This document shows positions 35,526-47,899 of a stretch of DNA of 62,344 nucleotides, piece by piece. Made by a program: the position numbers and the translations under genes. How positions within the stretch are numbered: position 1 is the stretch's first letter; every line of letters begins with the position of its first letter. Where the stretch lies: assembly GCF_004010195.1 (NCBI RefSeq), contig NC_057751.1:7300553-7362896 (forward strand), written 5' to 3'. The notes beneath the pieces are model-generated. The model was not told the origin of the DNA, made no database searches, and worked only from the letters and a program-made list of their open reading frames with translations. Source of the stretch: Chiloscyllium plagiosum (Eukaryota).

Positions 35526-36140
35526 TCTTGATGAGACTGAGGCCTGCTGACAGCTACGGCAAGCTTCCTGTCTTTACGTCTGTGATAAATGACATAGCAA
35601 GACAGCAGTAAAAGGAGCCTGGCATCTCTGACTGAGGGAGGGCAATGCAAGCGAAGAGTGCTGCTGGGACCTAAGGAGGCTCAGAGTGAATGAACGTATG
35701 ATAGCAAACAGGCTGGATCTGTACCATGGCCCTGTACCTGAGCTTGGTGTGTGTGTCCCTGAGTGCATGGAGGCCTAATCGCAGCATTACAATGTTGTTT
35801 GCTGGTGCCGTAGCATCCTGTATATGGTTTGGAGAAATGTCATGATAGTTCTTTGAGTTTGGCTCATGTTGGGCGCCGCTATCTGTGGATATGGGTACGT
35901 GTGGCCGATTTCCTTGGCGATGCTGTAGATGGTGCCTTATGTACAACGTGGAGGCATTTTGAAGCAAGCAGCAAGTGGAACCCCCCGACCTTTGAACCTG
36001 CTCTGGTTTCCACGTCAAGTTTCTGAAAAGTGAGAGTTTGGTGTTTGGTGAGTTGGACTGCGAGCAAGGTGTTTAACAAGCAATAATAAGCTTCAGGTGG
36101 GAACTTGCCGCTGCCTTGTCAAACCTTGCCATGTTACTTG
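35526..36140 (-). mobile_element. Possible PIF/Harbinger-related remnant
   Basis: Shares a ~45-nt motif with the two Myb/CR1 chimeras; minus-strand ..HTYPYPQ..NMSQTQ.. weakly recalls a HARBI1-type transposase N-terminus. Confidence 0.3.
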
Positions 36141-37409
36141 AGTAAAGCATACACAATGCAATGAGTTGATCTCACTCATTGGATGAGGCTCGCTAAACTT
36201 CTTGCCCAATTCTGCCACTTATCTTGCAATTGCCCACATTGCTCACAGCATGATAAGATTTTGCACAGTGATGCAAATTTCCAAGAAACAATTTCAAAAA
36301 GAGCGTGGAACTCTCTTATATATTTATGTACTTTTATATTAAAACCAAACATTGTCAGGCAAGGTCAGTAACCCACACGCTCATATGCCAAAGAATTAAC
36401 TTTCAGTTGTATCACAGTTTATTACCAGTACATCGTATAACAGTGGCATTTCTGTTCCAACTTTACTGTTGCATTTGAGGCTGTTACAAATGGAGACAAC
36501 ATAAATGCAAAGGTTAATGGCCACAGTCGACAGCATTGTCGGTCCCAACTTGTGTGTTGTGTTTCCCAATTTGCTGTGTTCTCAGCCGATACACCCATGC
36601 TTAATAGACTTTTATCGACAATGGGGCTATTCTGTAAAAATTGAGCGTGTTTTCTTTCTCAGACATCTGCTGTGTATCGTTTTCATCAGACAGTTTTGAT
36701 CAGACTCTCAGCACACCACCACAATATGTTGAATGTTGTCAAGTCACTGCCAGGTAACACAACCAAGTCGCTATCAGCATCAAAGAAATGTATGTCAAGG
36801 TTTGCTGTTCAGATCCTTTCAAGAAATAGTCCAAAGTTTGGGTTGAGAGATAACCTAGTTGCTCAAAGGCATTCAGTAGGAATAATCTATCCCTTCCTAT
36901 GTCATCAGCATCACAGACATTAGCCTCCCAGCTGGATATTGCATTCGAAATGTTTGAGGTTCAGTCCTAAATTGTGATCTTTTTTGATTTTCTATCTTTA
37001 TACCATGCCACCTGGTTTGCATTAGTTGCAGTTGGGAGAAGAAGATTGTGGCCTAAGGATAAGAAGTGACACAGCAAAATATCAGCTTTGCCTCAGTGAG
37101 ATTTTCAACCAGCATCTGGTGAGGATTTGTTTTTAACTTTGATTTGATAAATTAGATACAGGTGATTTTATTTTCTGTTGACTAATTCAGGATTGGGCTC
37201 TGAACAAGTCCTTCTATAAAATTTGTTCAAATTTCTAATCAATTTAGCAAGCTGTGCTGAAGGCAATTAAAAAAATTCAAATTTACTGTTGCTTTTACAG
37301 TTTCTACCGTGGCTGCATTGGATTGAGGTTTACAAAGCCCAGGGTTTCAGGCATAATCCCTGGTTGAGGTTGGGGCAGTTAAACTTAATTGAGGGAGTGG
37401 AAGCTGCAA

Positions 37410-37885
37410 CTGGTTTAAGTATTCTCATCTCTGTCTTTCGTTTCCTGTCAACCTGACAAATGTAAGACTCTCTTTGTTGATCTTCCACCTGATGCCTGAC
37501 ATGGGGTCTGCTGCTGCTATCCCAGCTTGCACCGAGTACCATTCACTTGACTCCGTTTTGTTCACTATCCTACCTCGGCCCAACAAGAAATTCACATTAA
37601 ACTTTCTTTCCTTGCTTTCAAATCCCATTATTGTCTGACCCCCTCCCAACCTGAACAACCTTCTAAGATCACTATTGTTCATTAGTCCTTGTTTTTGCCA
37701 TCTCCAATTTTATTCAACTCATCATTGGCTTGGTTATAGCATTCGCTCCTTGAAACTCTCTGCTTCTCTTTCCTGTTCTTGAAGATGCATCTTAAGATCT
37801 CACTGTTCAACCAAATCATTGGTCATCTGGTTCGCTTTCTGCTTATTGCAGTCAGTGGTAGCTTTTATTTGATATGCTCTTCTGA
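37410..37885 (+). mobile_element. L2-like LINE 3' remnant
   Basis: ..ttcacattaaactttc..ctttcaaatccc..atcattggcttgg..cttaagatctcactgttcaaccaaatcattggtcatctg. Confidence 0.55.
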
Positions 37886-37974
37886 AACATAGGACACAGA
37901 ACAATATAACACAGAACAGGCCCTTCAGCCCTTGATGTTGCGCCAGCCTGTGAACTATTCTCAGCTTGTCCCCC

Positions 37975-40787
37975 CTACACTATCCCAAAATCATCCATGT
38001 GCTTATCTAAGGATTGTTTAAATCTCCCTAATGCGGCTGAGTTGACGACCTTAGCAGGCAGGGCATTCCACGCCCTGACCACTCTCTGCATAAAGAACTT
38101 GCCTCTGACATCTGTCTTAAATCTATCAACCCTCAGTTTGTAGTTATGCCCTCTCACGCAAGCTGACGTCATCATCCTAGGAAAAAGTCTTTCTCTGTCT
38201 ACTCTATCTACTCTATCTAATCCTCTGATCATCTTGTATGTCTCTATCAAATCCCCCCTTAGCCTTCTTCTTTCCAATGAGAACAGACCCTTTCCTCATA
38301 AGACCTTCCCTCCAGACCAGGCAACATCCTGGTAAATCTCCTCTGCTTTTCCAATGCTTCCACATCCTTTCTGTAATGGGGCGACCAGAACTGTACACAC
38401 TATTCCAAGTGTGGCTGCACCAGCATTTTGTATAGTTGCAGCATGATATTGCAGTTCCGGAACTCAGTCCCTTTACCAATGAAACGTAACATACCGTATG
38501 CCTTCTTAACAGCACTATCCACCTGGGTGGCAACTTTCAGGGATCTATGCACATGGACTCCAAGATCTCTCTGCACATCCACACTACCAAGAATCTTTCC
38601 ATTGACCAAGTACTCTGCCTTCCTGTTATTCTTCCCAAAGTGCATCACCTCACATTTATCTGCATTGAACTCCATTTGCCACCTCTCAGCCCAATTCTCT
38701 AGTTTATCCAAGTCCCCCTGCAATCTGTAACATTCTTCCAAACTGTCACTACTCTACCGACTTTAGTGTTGTCTGCAAATTTACTAATCCATCCACCTAT
38801 GCCTGCATCTAAGTAATTTATAAAAATGACAAATAGCAGTGGTCCCAAAACAGATCCTTGTGACACACCACTAGTAACTGGACTCCAGTCTGAATATTTT
38901 CCATCAACCACTACTCGCTGCCTTCTTTCAGAAAGTCTGTTTCTAATCCAAACTGCTAAATCACCCTCAATTCCATGCTTCTGCATTTTCTCCATCAGCC
39001 TACCATGTGGAACCTTATCAAAGGCTTTACTGAAGTCTAAGCATACCACGTCAATTGCCCTGCCCTCATCTACATGCCTTGGACACCTTCTCAAAAAAAC
39101 TCAGAGGTTTGTGAGACACGACCTGCCCTTGACGAAACCGTGTTGACTATCTGAAATCAAATTGTTGCTTGCTAGATGATTATAAATCTTATCTCTCATA
39201 ATCTTTCCAAAACCTTTCCTACATCAGAAGTAAGGCTCACTGGTCTATAATTACCTGGGTCATCTCTGCTGCCCTTCTTGAACAAGGGAACAACATTTGC
39301 AATCCTCCTGTCCTCAGGTACTAAACCTGTAGAAAATTACGACTCACATATCAAAGCCAAATGCTCTGATATCTCCTCCCTAACTTCCCAGAGAATCCTT
39401 GGATAAATCCCATCCCACGCTGGGGACTTGTCTACATTCAGTCTTCGAGAAATGATAACATCTGTGCGTAACTAACCTCGATCCTTTCTAGTCTAATATC
39501 TCATACCTCATTCTTCTCCTCTACAATATTCTCCTTTTCCTGAGTGAACACTGATGAGAAATGTTCATTTAGCACCTCTCCGATCTCGACTGGGTCCACA
39601 CTCAACTTCCCACTTCTGTCTTTGACTGGCCCTATTCCTACCCTAATCATCCTTTTATTCCTCACATACCTGTAGAAAATTTTAGGGTTCTCCTTTATTC
39701 TATTTGCTAAAGACTGTTCATGTCCTCTCTGCTCTTCTTAACTCTCTCTTTAAATCCTTCCCAGCTGATCTGTAACTCTCCGTTGCCTCATCTGAACCAT
39801 CTTGCCTCATCAACACATAAGCCTCTTCCTTCTTAACAAGAGATGCAATTTCTGTAGTAAACCACGGTTCCCTTACCTTATCACTTCCTCCCTGCCTGAC
39901 AGGGACATACCTATCAAGGACATGCAATATCTGTTCCTTAAACCAACTCCACATTTGGATTGTCTGCATCCCCTGCATTTTGCTACCCCATTCTATGCAT
40001 CCTAATTCTTGCCTAATCGCATTATAATTGCCCTTGCCTCATTGGTAACTCGTGACCTGTGGCATGGACCTATCCCTTTCCATCGCTAAACTAAATGTAA
40101 CTGAATTGTGGTCACTCTCTCCAAAGTGCTCACCTACAACTAAATCAAACACCTGGCCTGGTTCATTACCAAGCACCAGATCCAGTGTGGCCTCCCCTCT
40201 TGTTGGCCCTTCAATATACTGTGTCAGTAAACGTTGGGGAAGTTAAAGTCCCCATAATGACCACCCTGTTCCTTTCACTCCTACCCAGAATAATGTTGCT
40301 AATCCTCTCTGCCACCTCCCTGGAATTCAGCGGAGGCCTATAAAAAACTCCAAGAAGTGTGACCTCTCCTCCTGTTTCTAACCTCAGCCCACACTACCTC
40401 ACTAGACGAGTCCTCACCAAAAGTTCTCTCAGCTACCGTTATACTATCTTTGACTAACAAAGCCATACCTCCCCCTCTTTTACTGCCTTGCCTGTTTTTA
40501 ATGAAAGATCTAAACCCTGGAACCTGCAACATCCATTCCTCACCCTGCTCTATCCATGTCTCCGAAATGGCCACAACGTTGAAGTCCCAGGTGCCTATCC
40601 ATGCTGCAAGCTCACCTACCTTATTTCTGGCGTTGAAGTAGACATGCTTCAAACCACTTGGCTGTCTGCCAGCACATTCCTGTGACCCTGAAATCCTGTC
40701 CCTATTCTTCCTACTGTCATCCTCCTGTGCACTGCAGCTACACCTCCGGTTCCCATCCCCCTGCTGAGCTAGTTTAAACCCACCCAA
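37975..40787 (-). pseudogene. CR1 ORF2p (APE endonuclease plus RT), frameshifted, with an internal deletion near 40225
   Basis: ORF pieces 40338-40787, 39718-39978, 38699-39094, 38400-38741 and 37975-38277. Confidence 0.9.
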
Positions 40788-41692
40788 ATAGCACCAGCAA
40801 ATTTCCCAACCAGGATATTAGTACCCCTCTGGTTCAAGTGAAGACCGTCCTGTTTGTACAAGTCCCACCTTCCCCAGAATGAGCTCCAATTATCCAAAAA
40901 CCTGAAACCCTCCCTCCGCACCATCCTTGCAGCCACATGTTTAGCTGATGTCACTCCCTATTCCTTGCCTCACTATCACGTGGCATGGGTAACAATCCAG
41001 AGATAACAACTCTTGTTTGTTCCAGGTCTCAGCTTCCATCCTAGCTCCCTGAACTCCTGCCTTACATCCCTATCCCTCTTTCTCCCTATGTCGTTGGTAC
41101 CTACATGGACAACGACTTGAGGCTGGTCACCCTCTCCCTTCAGGACCCCAAAGATATGATCCGAGACATCACGGACCCTGGCACCTGGGAGGCTACACAC
41201 CAACCGCGGGTCTTGTTCATTCCCTACAAACCTTCTATCTGAGCCTCTAACTATTGAGTCCCCAACGACTAACACTCTCCTCCTTTCCCTCCTTCCCTTC
41301 TATGCAACAGGGACAGGCTCTGTGCCAGACACCTGGGTCCCACTGCTTGCCCCTGGTAAGTTGTCCCCCTCAACAGTATCCAAAACGGTATACATGTTTT
41401 TCAGGGGAACGACCACAGGGGATCCCTCCACTGACTTTTTTTCCCCCTTTCGAACAGTCACCCAGCTTTCTTCTTGCCTCGGAGTAACTACTTCCCTGTA
41501 ATTCCTATCTATCACAGCCTCTGCCTCCCGAATGATCCGAAGTTCATCTAGCTCCCACTCCAGTTCCCTAACACGGTCTTGGAGGAGTGAGAGTTGGGTG
41601 CACTTCCTGCAGATGTACTTGGATGGGACACTATTGGCGTCCCTGACCTCAAACATCATGCAGGAGGAACATTGCTCTCCCTGCACTGCCAT
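40769..41692 (-). pseudogene. CR1 ORF1p: zinc finger/leucine zipper plus SGNH esterase
   Basis: QCSSCMM..YICRKCTQL..VRELEWELDEL; VVGDSIVRG, LPGARVRD, VHVGTNDIG, DGLHLN; frameshifts near 41290 and 40970. Confidence 0.9.
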
Positions 41693-42438
41693 CCCTGCTA
41701 GTCCCCTAGTCACAAAGTAAAAAAGAGATGTTTTACCTGATATGTCCCTGGTCTTTAAGTTTAGAGGAGGTGATTGGGTGAGAGGCCCTACAAAGGTAGG
41801 GTCTCGGGTTGAGAAGACACTGACTTATATAGCAAGACAGAAATAAAAATAAGAAGTCCCTCCTTTCCCAGAAACCACTGCACTTTGACTTCAAATTTAA
41901 AAGCACAAATCAGTGACTCACTGCTCCCGGCAGGCCCCTGGTGCAAGTTCCCACCCTTTAAGTTGCATCTGCCACTGAAAAACAGAAACACCTCAACATA
42001 TTTTGCGACATGAAAGGTACAACCTGCGAAAAGTTGCAGCCTAATGTATGGAGTCAGAAATCTGACTTCTGGCTCCCACTTGTAATTTAGTGACTGCTGC
42101 TGGAAACTGCACGTCAATGTCTGATCATGGCCTGGCTGAGAAGCTATCTGTCGTCATGGTTCATTGCATGAAGCTCATTCGTGAAGAGTGACTATCTGGC
42201 AGAATGGAGCAATGGAAGGATTATCAAAACCTTAAAATTGTACATCAGTTAAAATGGAGCAAGCTCAGATAGCTGCTTTTACAGAGAAACGACCTCTGAA
42301 TTCTGTGCGATGTTTGCTCTCTCTTATTGGTGGTAGAAGAATATGTTTTCTAGAAAGCGCTCCCTAAAGTTCTTTTTATCCTCCATGCCAAGGCATAACT
42401 ATGAAACCAAACTTTGCATCCTAGTTCCAACTTTCTTT

Positions 42439-42929
42439 TGTCATTCAAGTGATTGGAGCAAGATTGACCTAGTAAAATCCATTGACTGTGCGATACTTGT
42501 TTGGGGTTGTTAACCTGGGCCAATCAGGGAGCCGTGGCTGACTGACAGAACAGTAGTTTCCCCCTCCAACTCTATTTTGATTTAGTCCCTACCCTCCCCT
42601 TCACTGTTTTTGATCACACAGCACTGCCCTTTGATGTGAAGGGCAGTGTTTGTCACTGGCCACCCGGGTGTTTTCCTATCTTCCTGGTGGTGGAATTTGA
42701 ATAAAGATTCGTGCACTTTGTGTCTTTCACTGTGTCTCACACCTGCACACACACACCATGGGTGCTGGGGAAAAAAAAAGAAAGAATATAAAAAAAAGAA
42801 CAGTAGTTTCAGAACAGCTCTTCAGTCTAGGGACTGGCTTTGAGCTGGCTGGTCAGAACCCATGTACCTCGCACATGTAAATGAAGGGTGAATTGATCAA
42901 GGGATACCACCATCTATGCAGTTATTTCA
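42439..42929 (+). mobile_element. Short solo LTR interrupted by a poly(A) retro-insertion
   Basis: tgtc..gtgattggagcaag..aacctgggccaatcagggag..gggatacc..gcagttatttca is the reverse complement of the 22706 family. Confidence 0.75.
42561..42796 (+). mobile_element. Young 5'-truncated L1/Tx1-type 3' UTR insertion with A-rich tail and 14-bp TSD
   Basis: Perfect TSD agaacagtagtttc at 42547-42560 and 42797-42810; AATAAA near 42700; A-rich tail. Confidence 0.85.
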
Positions 42930-42959
42930 GGGTCCCAATACTTTTCCTTGTGGTATGCT

Positions 42960-43128
42960 GCTGAATAGCAGTCTCCAATCACTTAAAAATAGTAAATAAA
43001 CAGGCGATTCAGGGAGCCGCCTCAATCTCGAGACTAGCTCTGAGCAAGCTAGTCAAAGTCTGCATAATGTGCATGTGTAAATCAAAGGTGACTTGCTGAT
43101 GGGTGCCTGCCTCCTTGGAGTTGTTTCA
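42960..43128 (+). mobile_element. Degraded short solo LTR (same family)
   Basis: ..gcatgtgtaaatcaaaggtgacttgctgatggg..ggagttgtttca end matches the family. Confidence 0.55.
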
Positions 43129-43374
43129 GTTATCACCTGTGAAGTGTTTTTATTTCACTTCTGAGGTTGTAAATATGAAGTAAATGTCGGTTATTGAAAG
43201 CCCGCTTCCAAACGAAGCACTGTGCTTGGGTCTGTTAGTGGGATGGTTGGATAAAGAGTGAGAGGAAAAGTCACCTTTTCCTTCCAAACTACCATCACAT
43301 TCTGCAAATTTGTGAATATTGTGAAAGACAGAGAATAGCAGCTTCATTTCAAACCTTGCTTCGTAACTTTCCTA

Positions 43375-44455
43375 ATTATCTGATTAATTTTATTGGCAGA
43401 AGGCAGAGAGTGGGGATAAAAGGCTCCTTCTCAGGATGGAAACCAATGATGAGTGGTGTTCTACAAGGGTCAGGATATCAACTTTTTCACTTTATACATT
43501 AATGATCAGGATGAAGGACCTGAGGGCATTCTGGCGATGTTTGCAGATGATACAAAAAAGATAGAGGGGCAAGTAGGACAGAGGATGCAAGGAAGCTGCA
43601 GAAAGACTTAGACAGGTTAGGAGAGTGGGCAAAGAGGTGGCAGATGAAATACAATGTGGGAAAGAATGAGGTCTTGCACTTTGATAGGAAGGATATGGAC
43701 TATTTCCTAAATGGGAAGAAAATTCATAAATCTGAAATGCAAAGGGATTTGGGAGTCCTCGTCCAGGTTTCTCTTCAGGTAAACTTGCAAGTTGGGTTGT
43801 CAGTTAGGAAGGCAAATACATTGTTGTCATTCATCTCAAGAGGACTTGAATATAAAAGCAGGGATGTACTTCTGAGGCTTTATAAGGCTCTGGTCAGATC
43901 GCATTTGGAGTATTGAGAGCAATTTTGGGCCCGACACCTCAGAAAGGATGATTTGGCCCTGGACTGGGTCCAGAGGAGGGTCACCAGAATGATCCCAGGA
44001 ATGAAAAGCCTCAAATAGGAGAAACATTTGAGGACTCCGGGACTATATTCAGTGGAGTTTAGAAGGATTGGGGGTGGGGGTGGTGATCTGATTGAGACTT
44101 AGGGAATACTGAATGGCCAGGACACAGTGGATGTTGGGAAGATGTTTCCATTGGCAGGAGAGATGAGGACACGAGGGTAAAGCCTTAGATTAAAGGGAAC
44201 ACCCTTTTAGAATAGAGATAAAGAGCAACTTCTTGAGCTAGAGAGTGGCGAAACTGTGGAATCCATTGCCACAGAAGGCTGTGGAGGCCAGGTCATTGAG
44301 TATATTTAAAATAAAGATAGATAAGTTCTTGATTGCCAAGGGGGTCAAAGGTTACGGGGAGAAAGCGGGAAAATGGGTATGAAAAAACTATCAGCCATGA
44401 TTGAATGGTGCGGCCGGATGGCCTAATTTCTGCTCCTATGTCTTATAGTCTTACG
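43375..44455 (+). mobile_element. CR1 RT and 3' fragment
   Basis: ..FADDTK.., MKYNVGKNEVLHF..RLYKALVRSHLEY and tail tgtcttatagtctta. Confidence 0.9.
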
Positions 44456-44934
44456 ATACCACAAATGAAACACAAGCAGTAAGAAACAAGACTGATATTT
44501 TGTGACTTTTTTTTATACATTGTCAAATGTTAAGATGCATCTCCTAAACGTAGGTACAAGTATTAGTTGTAAAACAACTTTAACAAGGCTTTGTAAGAGG
44601 GCAATCAAAGAAACTGTGCAAAAGGATTAAATTCAAAGATGTTCTTAGTTACTCAGTAGAGCGCTGTCACTCTCATGTTTGTAGAATAGAATTAACACAG
44701 GGATTGCCACTTGAAATGTCAAAAAATTGTGAGAAGCAATCAATAACAAAGCAAACCCATTTTCAGATTATTTGGCCAGAGCATTGATGTCCAAGACCAC
44801 AGGGATTACACTAAACATCAAAATGTACATATCCAACCAAATTGGGAGTCATTTATTCTGCCCAATACCTTTACGTTTCACTATTCCAGTGAATTATTGG
44901 TTGATCTCATACATTCTTTACTCCATAAAATATC

Positions 44935-45415
44935 ATCTGAAACTCTGCCGCCTGTGGCTTAACTCAAAACCAACCCTGGTTACCACTCACCCCTGTGCTC
45001 ACTGACTTATATTGACTCATAGACAAGTTATGACCTTGCTTTTAAGACTCTCATTGTATTTAAATCCGTCTGTCGCCTTGATCCCCCATGTCAGTGAATC
45101 TTTCTCACCATCTTCTGAGATGTCTGTGCTTTTGAAGTTTTGGCCTCTTGTGTATCCTCAATTTTAACTGCTCTGTCATTGGTGCTGCATCTTCATTTAC
45201 CTTGGCCTGAATCTCTGGAACTCTCTGCCTAAACCTCCAGATGTATCTACCTCATTTTCCGGCGATAAGACAAGTCTTAAGATCCTGTACTTTTGGCCAA
45301 GCTTTTCTCCATCGTTATCCTTCTTAATGTGGTTCAGTATTATATTCTGTTTTCATGCTCCCACACAGTGCTTGGGAATGTTGTATTACTCAAATGCACA
45401 GTTGATAGGTTGTTA
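44935..45415 (+). mobile_element. L2-like LINE 3' end
   Basis: ..cactcacccctgtgctcactgactta..tctctggaactctctgcctaaacctc..ttttggccaagctttt. Confidence 0.65.
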
Positions 45416-46630
45416 TTGTACGATGTTCTGTTTTATATTTAGGGCACTGTCGTAATTTGAATCAATTGCATAACAGTTATTGTGAACCAGACCACAACTT
45501 AAACTTAAGTCTGGCAGCAAGACTAGAGGATATAAATCGTGAATTAATGGAAATATTTCGTGTAGATGGAAGGAAGAACTTGTTGACTCATTGTCGAAGA
45601 GCAGTTGAAGGGCAGTAGAACTGTTCAAAATGCAGCTGGATATTCAGCTTAGTTTATTTTTGAGAAATGAATTTCCATGGGTTGAACAGTTTCTTTTTCT
45701 TGCTTTGCTGCTTTTCTGTATGTAAATTTGTTCTCCAATGGAAGAGGAAGGTTCAGAAGTGAACAGTTTAGGCAAGGCCTCATCCCTGGGCCATGAGTGT
45801 CACAACCATTGCTGGTTATGAATCAATACAGTGACAACTGATTTAAAATGTGGGTGCGGTGTTCTACCAAACACTGCATGCTGTTGCTCAGATAACAAGC
45901 ACAGTAAATGCAAAAAGCAAGAAGGCCATTCCCATTATATTTAATTAGCTTCTTGTTTGCCTGAGGCAGAGGGGTTATTAGGAGAGCACAGACAGCCAGC
46001 CACATTCTTTCACTTAGGAGAAAAAAAAGGCACCACTGGAGTTTTGCAATGAACAGAAATCTTCTTGTCACAGGATTTCAGTCAGGCGCCTGTTTAGGAT
46101 GCTGGATCCACTCCTAACTCTTGGGAAATATTTACAGAAGAAATAACGCATAAACAGGGAGACTGAGCATTTTATTTTTCAGTCATTACTGGAAACAGTA
46201 AACATATCAGATTGGTGATCGTGATGTTTTTACTGTAAGCCTTTTTCAGAAACGTTCTTGTGAAAATACCAATTGGCCAGATTTGCACACATTCTTTTCT
46301 TTGGCTGAATCAAGCTTTCAATTCAAAGCCTGAAAATTAAATCTTGTTTTTAAATATCAATTTCTCTCCACCACCGTCACCACGAAATGTTTTCCATTCT
46401 CTCTGCAATGTGCTGACTTGAGGACTGTGTTGGATTTCATTCGCTACTTAATACTCTGCCCAACTGGCCTTGTTTATGCGTGAGCCAAACAGATTATTTG
46501 ACTGCAGTGTCAATCACAGCTGACCCCAGTTTTGCAGTTGAGATCCAAATGATGACTTTGATTGTTTTTCCCTTCAAATTTTAATACTTTTGAATAAAGA
46601 TTTTATGAATGTATATATTTATTTCACAGG

Positions 46631-46740
46631 GTAAAAACAATGACTGCAGATGCTGGAAGGGCTTTTGTCTGAAACGTCGATTTTACTGCTCCTCGGATGC
46701 TGCCTGAACTACTGTGCTCTTCCAGTACCACTAATCCAGA
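46631..46740 (+). mobile_element. Internally deleted palindromic Penelope-derived element with a perfect 16-bp TSD
   Basis: TSD atatttatttcacagg at 46615-46630 and 46741-46756; retains agggcttttgtctGAAACGTCg. Confidence 0.88.
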
Positions 46741-47084
46741 ATATTTATTTCACAGGCATTTTTAATAACTCAGAATATTAAACATCAAGGCTGAATGTAT
46801 GTTGGACAGCTTACTTCAGGTTGGGATTTTGGGTTAAGCACCCCAAATTATCTTTCCCACTGGTCTAATTGACAGATTAGCTGAGTGCCTCATGTCACCC
46901 TCTATAGCTGAAGGGTTGCTGGAGTTGATCACAGGATTGGCCTGAGATGGTGAGTGGAGAGAAGGGAAGGGGAAGGGAGGATGTGAGATGACATGGGAAC
47001 TGTTGATGAGAAATTCTTGCACACTCACTCCTGCTGCTTCATTCCAACTTCAGATTGTGTAGTGACTTTTTTATGGGTGACTCT

Positions 47085-47420
47085 GATGTGGTGATAGTAA
47101 TTTCATGGGCCAAAAAAATCCAAAGGGCCTGAGCTAATGTTCTGGGGGTGTGGATTCCCATCCCAAAACAGCAGCTGTGGAATCCAAATAAGTCGGGTGA
47201 CTGATCATCATTGATTGTTGGAAAAACCCACCTGGTTCAGAAAATGAAATCTGCCTTTCTTGCACCTCAGATCCACATGTGCCTCCAGACCCACAGCGAA
47301 ATGGTTCACTCTTTGAACTGCCCTCTGATGTGGCCATCAAGCCATTCATTTCAAGGGCAATTTGGGATGGAGAGCAAATGCTGTTCTTGACAGCAACATT
47401 CATGTCTCATGAATGATCTA
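47085..47420 (+). mobile_element. Old tRNA-derived SINE
   Basis: ..gctaatgttctggggg..ggattcccatccca..ctccagacccacagc..tcaagggcaatttgggatgg..aaatgctg tail. Confidence 0.65.
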
Positions 47421-47580
47421 TTAACTCTGATAGCTGTGCTGCTGACTGGCTTGTTGTCTTGGCCCAACAGCAGCATGTGAAAGGGAACTAGGTAAATATC
47501 CTAGCTGGGAAAAAAGAAGAAAGTGGATTTAATTGACTTAGTCTATCATACAACCTGCATCAGAACAAAGGGTTTTTTTT

Positions 47581-47899
47581 AGATTAGATTACTTACAGTG
47601 TGGAAACAGGCCCTTCGGCCCAACAAGTCCACACCGACCCGCCGAAGCGTAACCCACCCAGACCCATTCTCCTACATTTACCCCTTCACCTAACACTACG
47701 GGCAATTTAGCATGGCCAATTCACCTAACCCCTGCACATTTTTGGATTGTGGGAGGAAACCGGAGCACCCGGAGGAAACCCACGCAGACACGGGGAGAAT
47801 GTGCAAACTCCACACAGAGAGTCGCCTGAGGTGGGAATTGAACCCGGGTCTCTGGCGCTGTGAAGCAGCAGTGCTAACCACTGTGCTACCGTGCCACCC
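47581..47899 (-). mobile_element. Young HE1-like V-SINE
   Basis: Intact A-box (tagcacagtgg), B-box (ggttcaattcc), V-domain and (taatc)n tail. Confidence 0.92.

Larger units (their letters stand above)
37888..41975 (-). mobile_element. Near full-length CR1 LINE (5' UTR, ORF1, ORF2, tail), disrupted
   Basis: ORF1 zinc finger and coiled coil (41300-41713) plus esterase; ORF2 APE (YFNARN..AISETW), RT (LDFSKAFDKVPH, SGVSQGSVLGPLLF, SKFADNTK) and C-terminus. Confidence 0.95.

Noticed and set aside
47820..47899. tRNA gene
   Set aside because: The A and B boxes belong to the SINE head and continue into the V-domain; the same applies at 2540-2612, 54650-54720 and 60890-60998.
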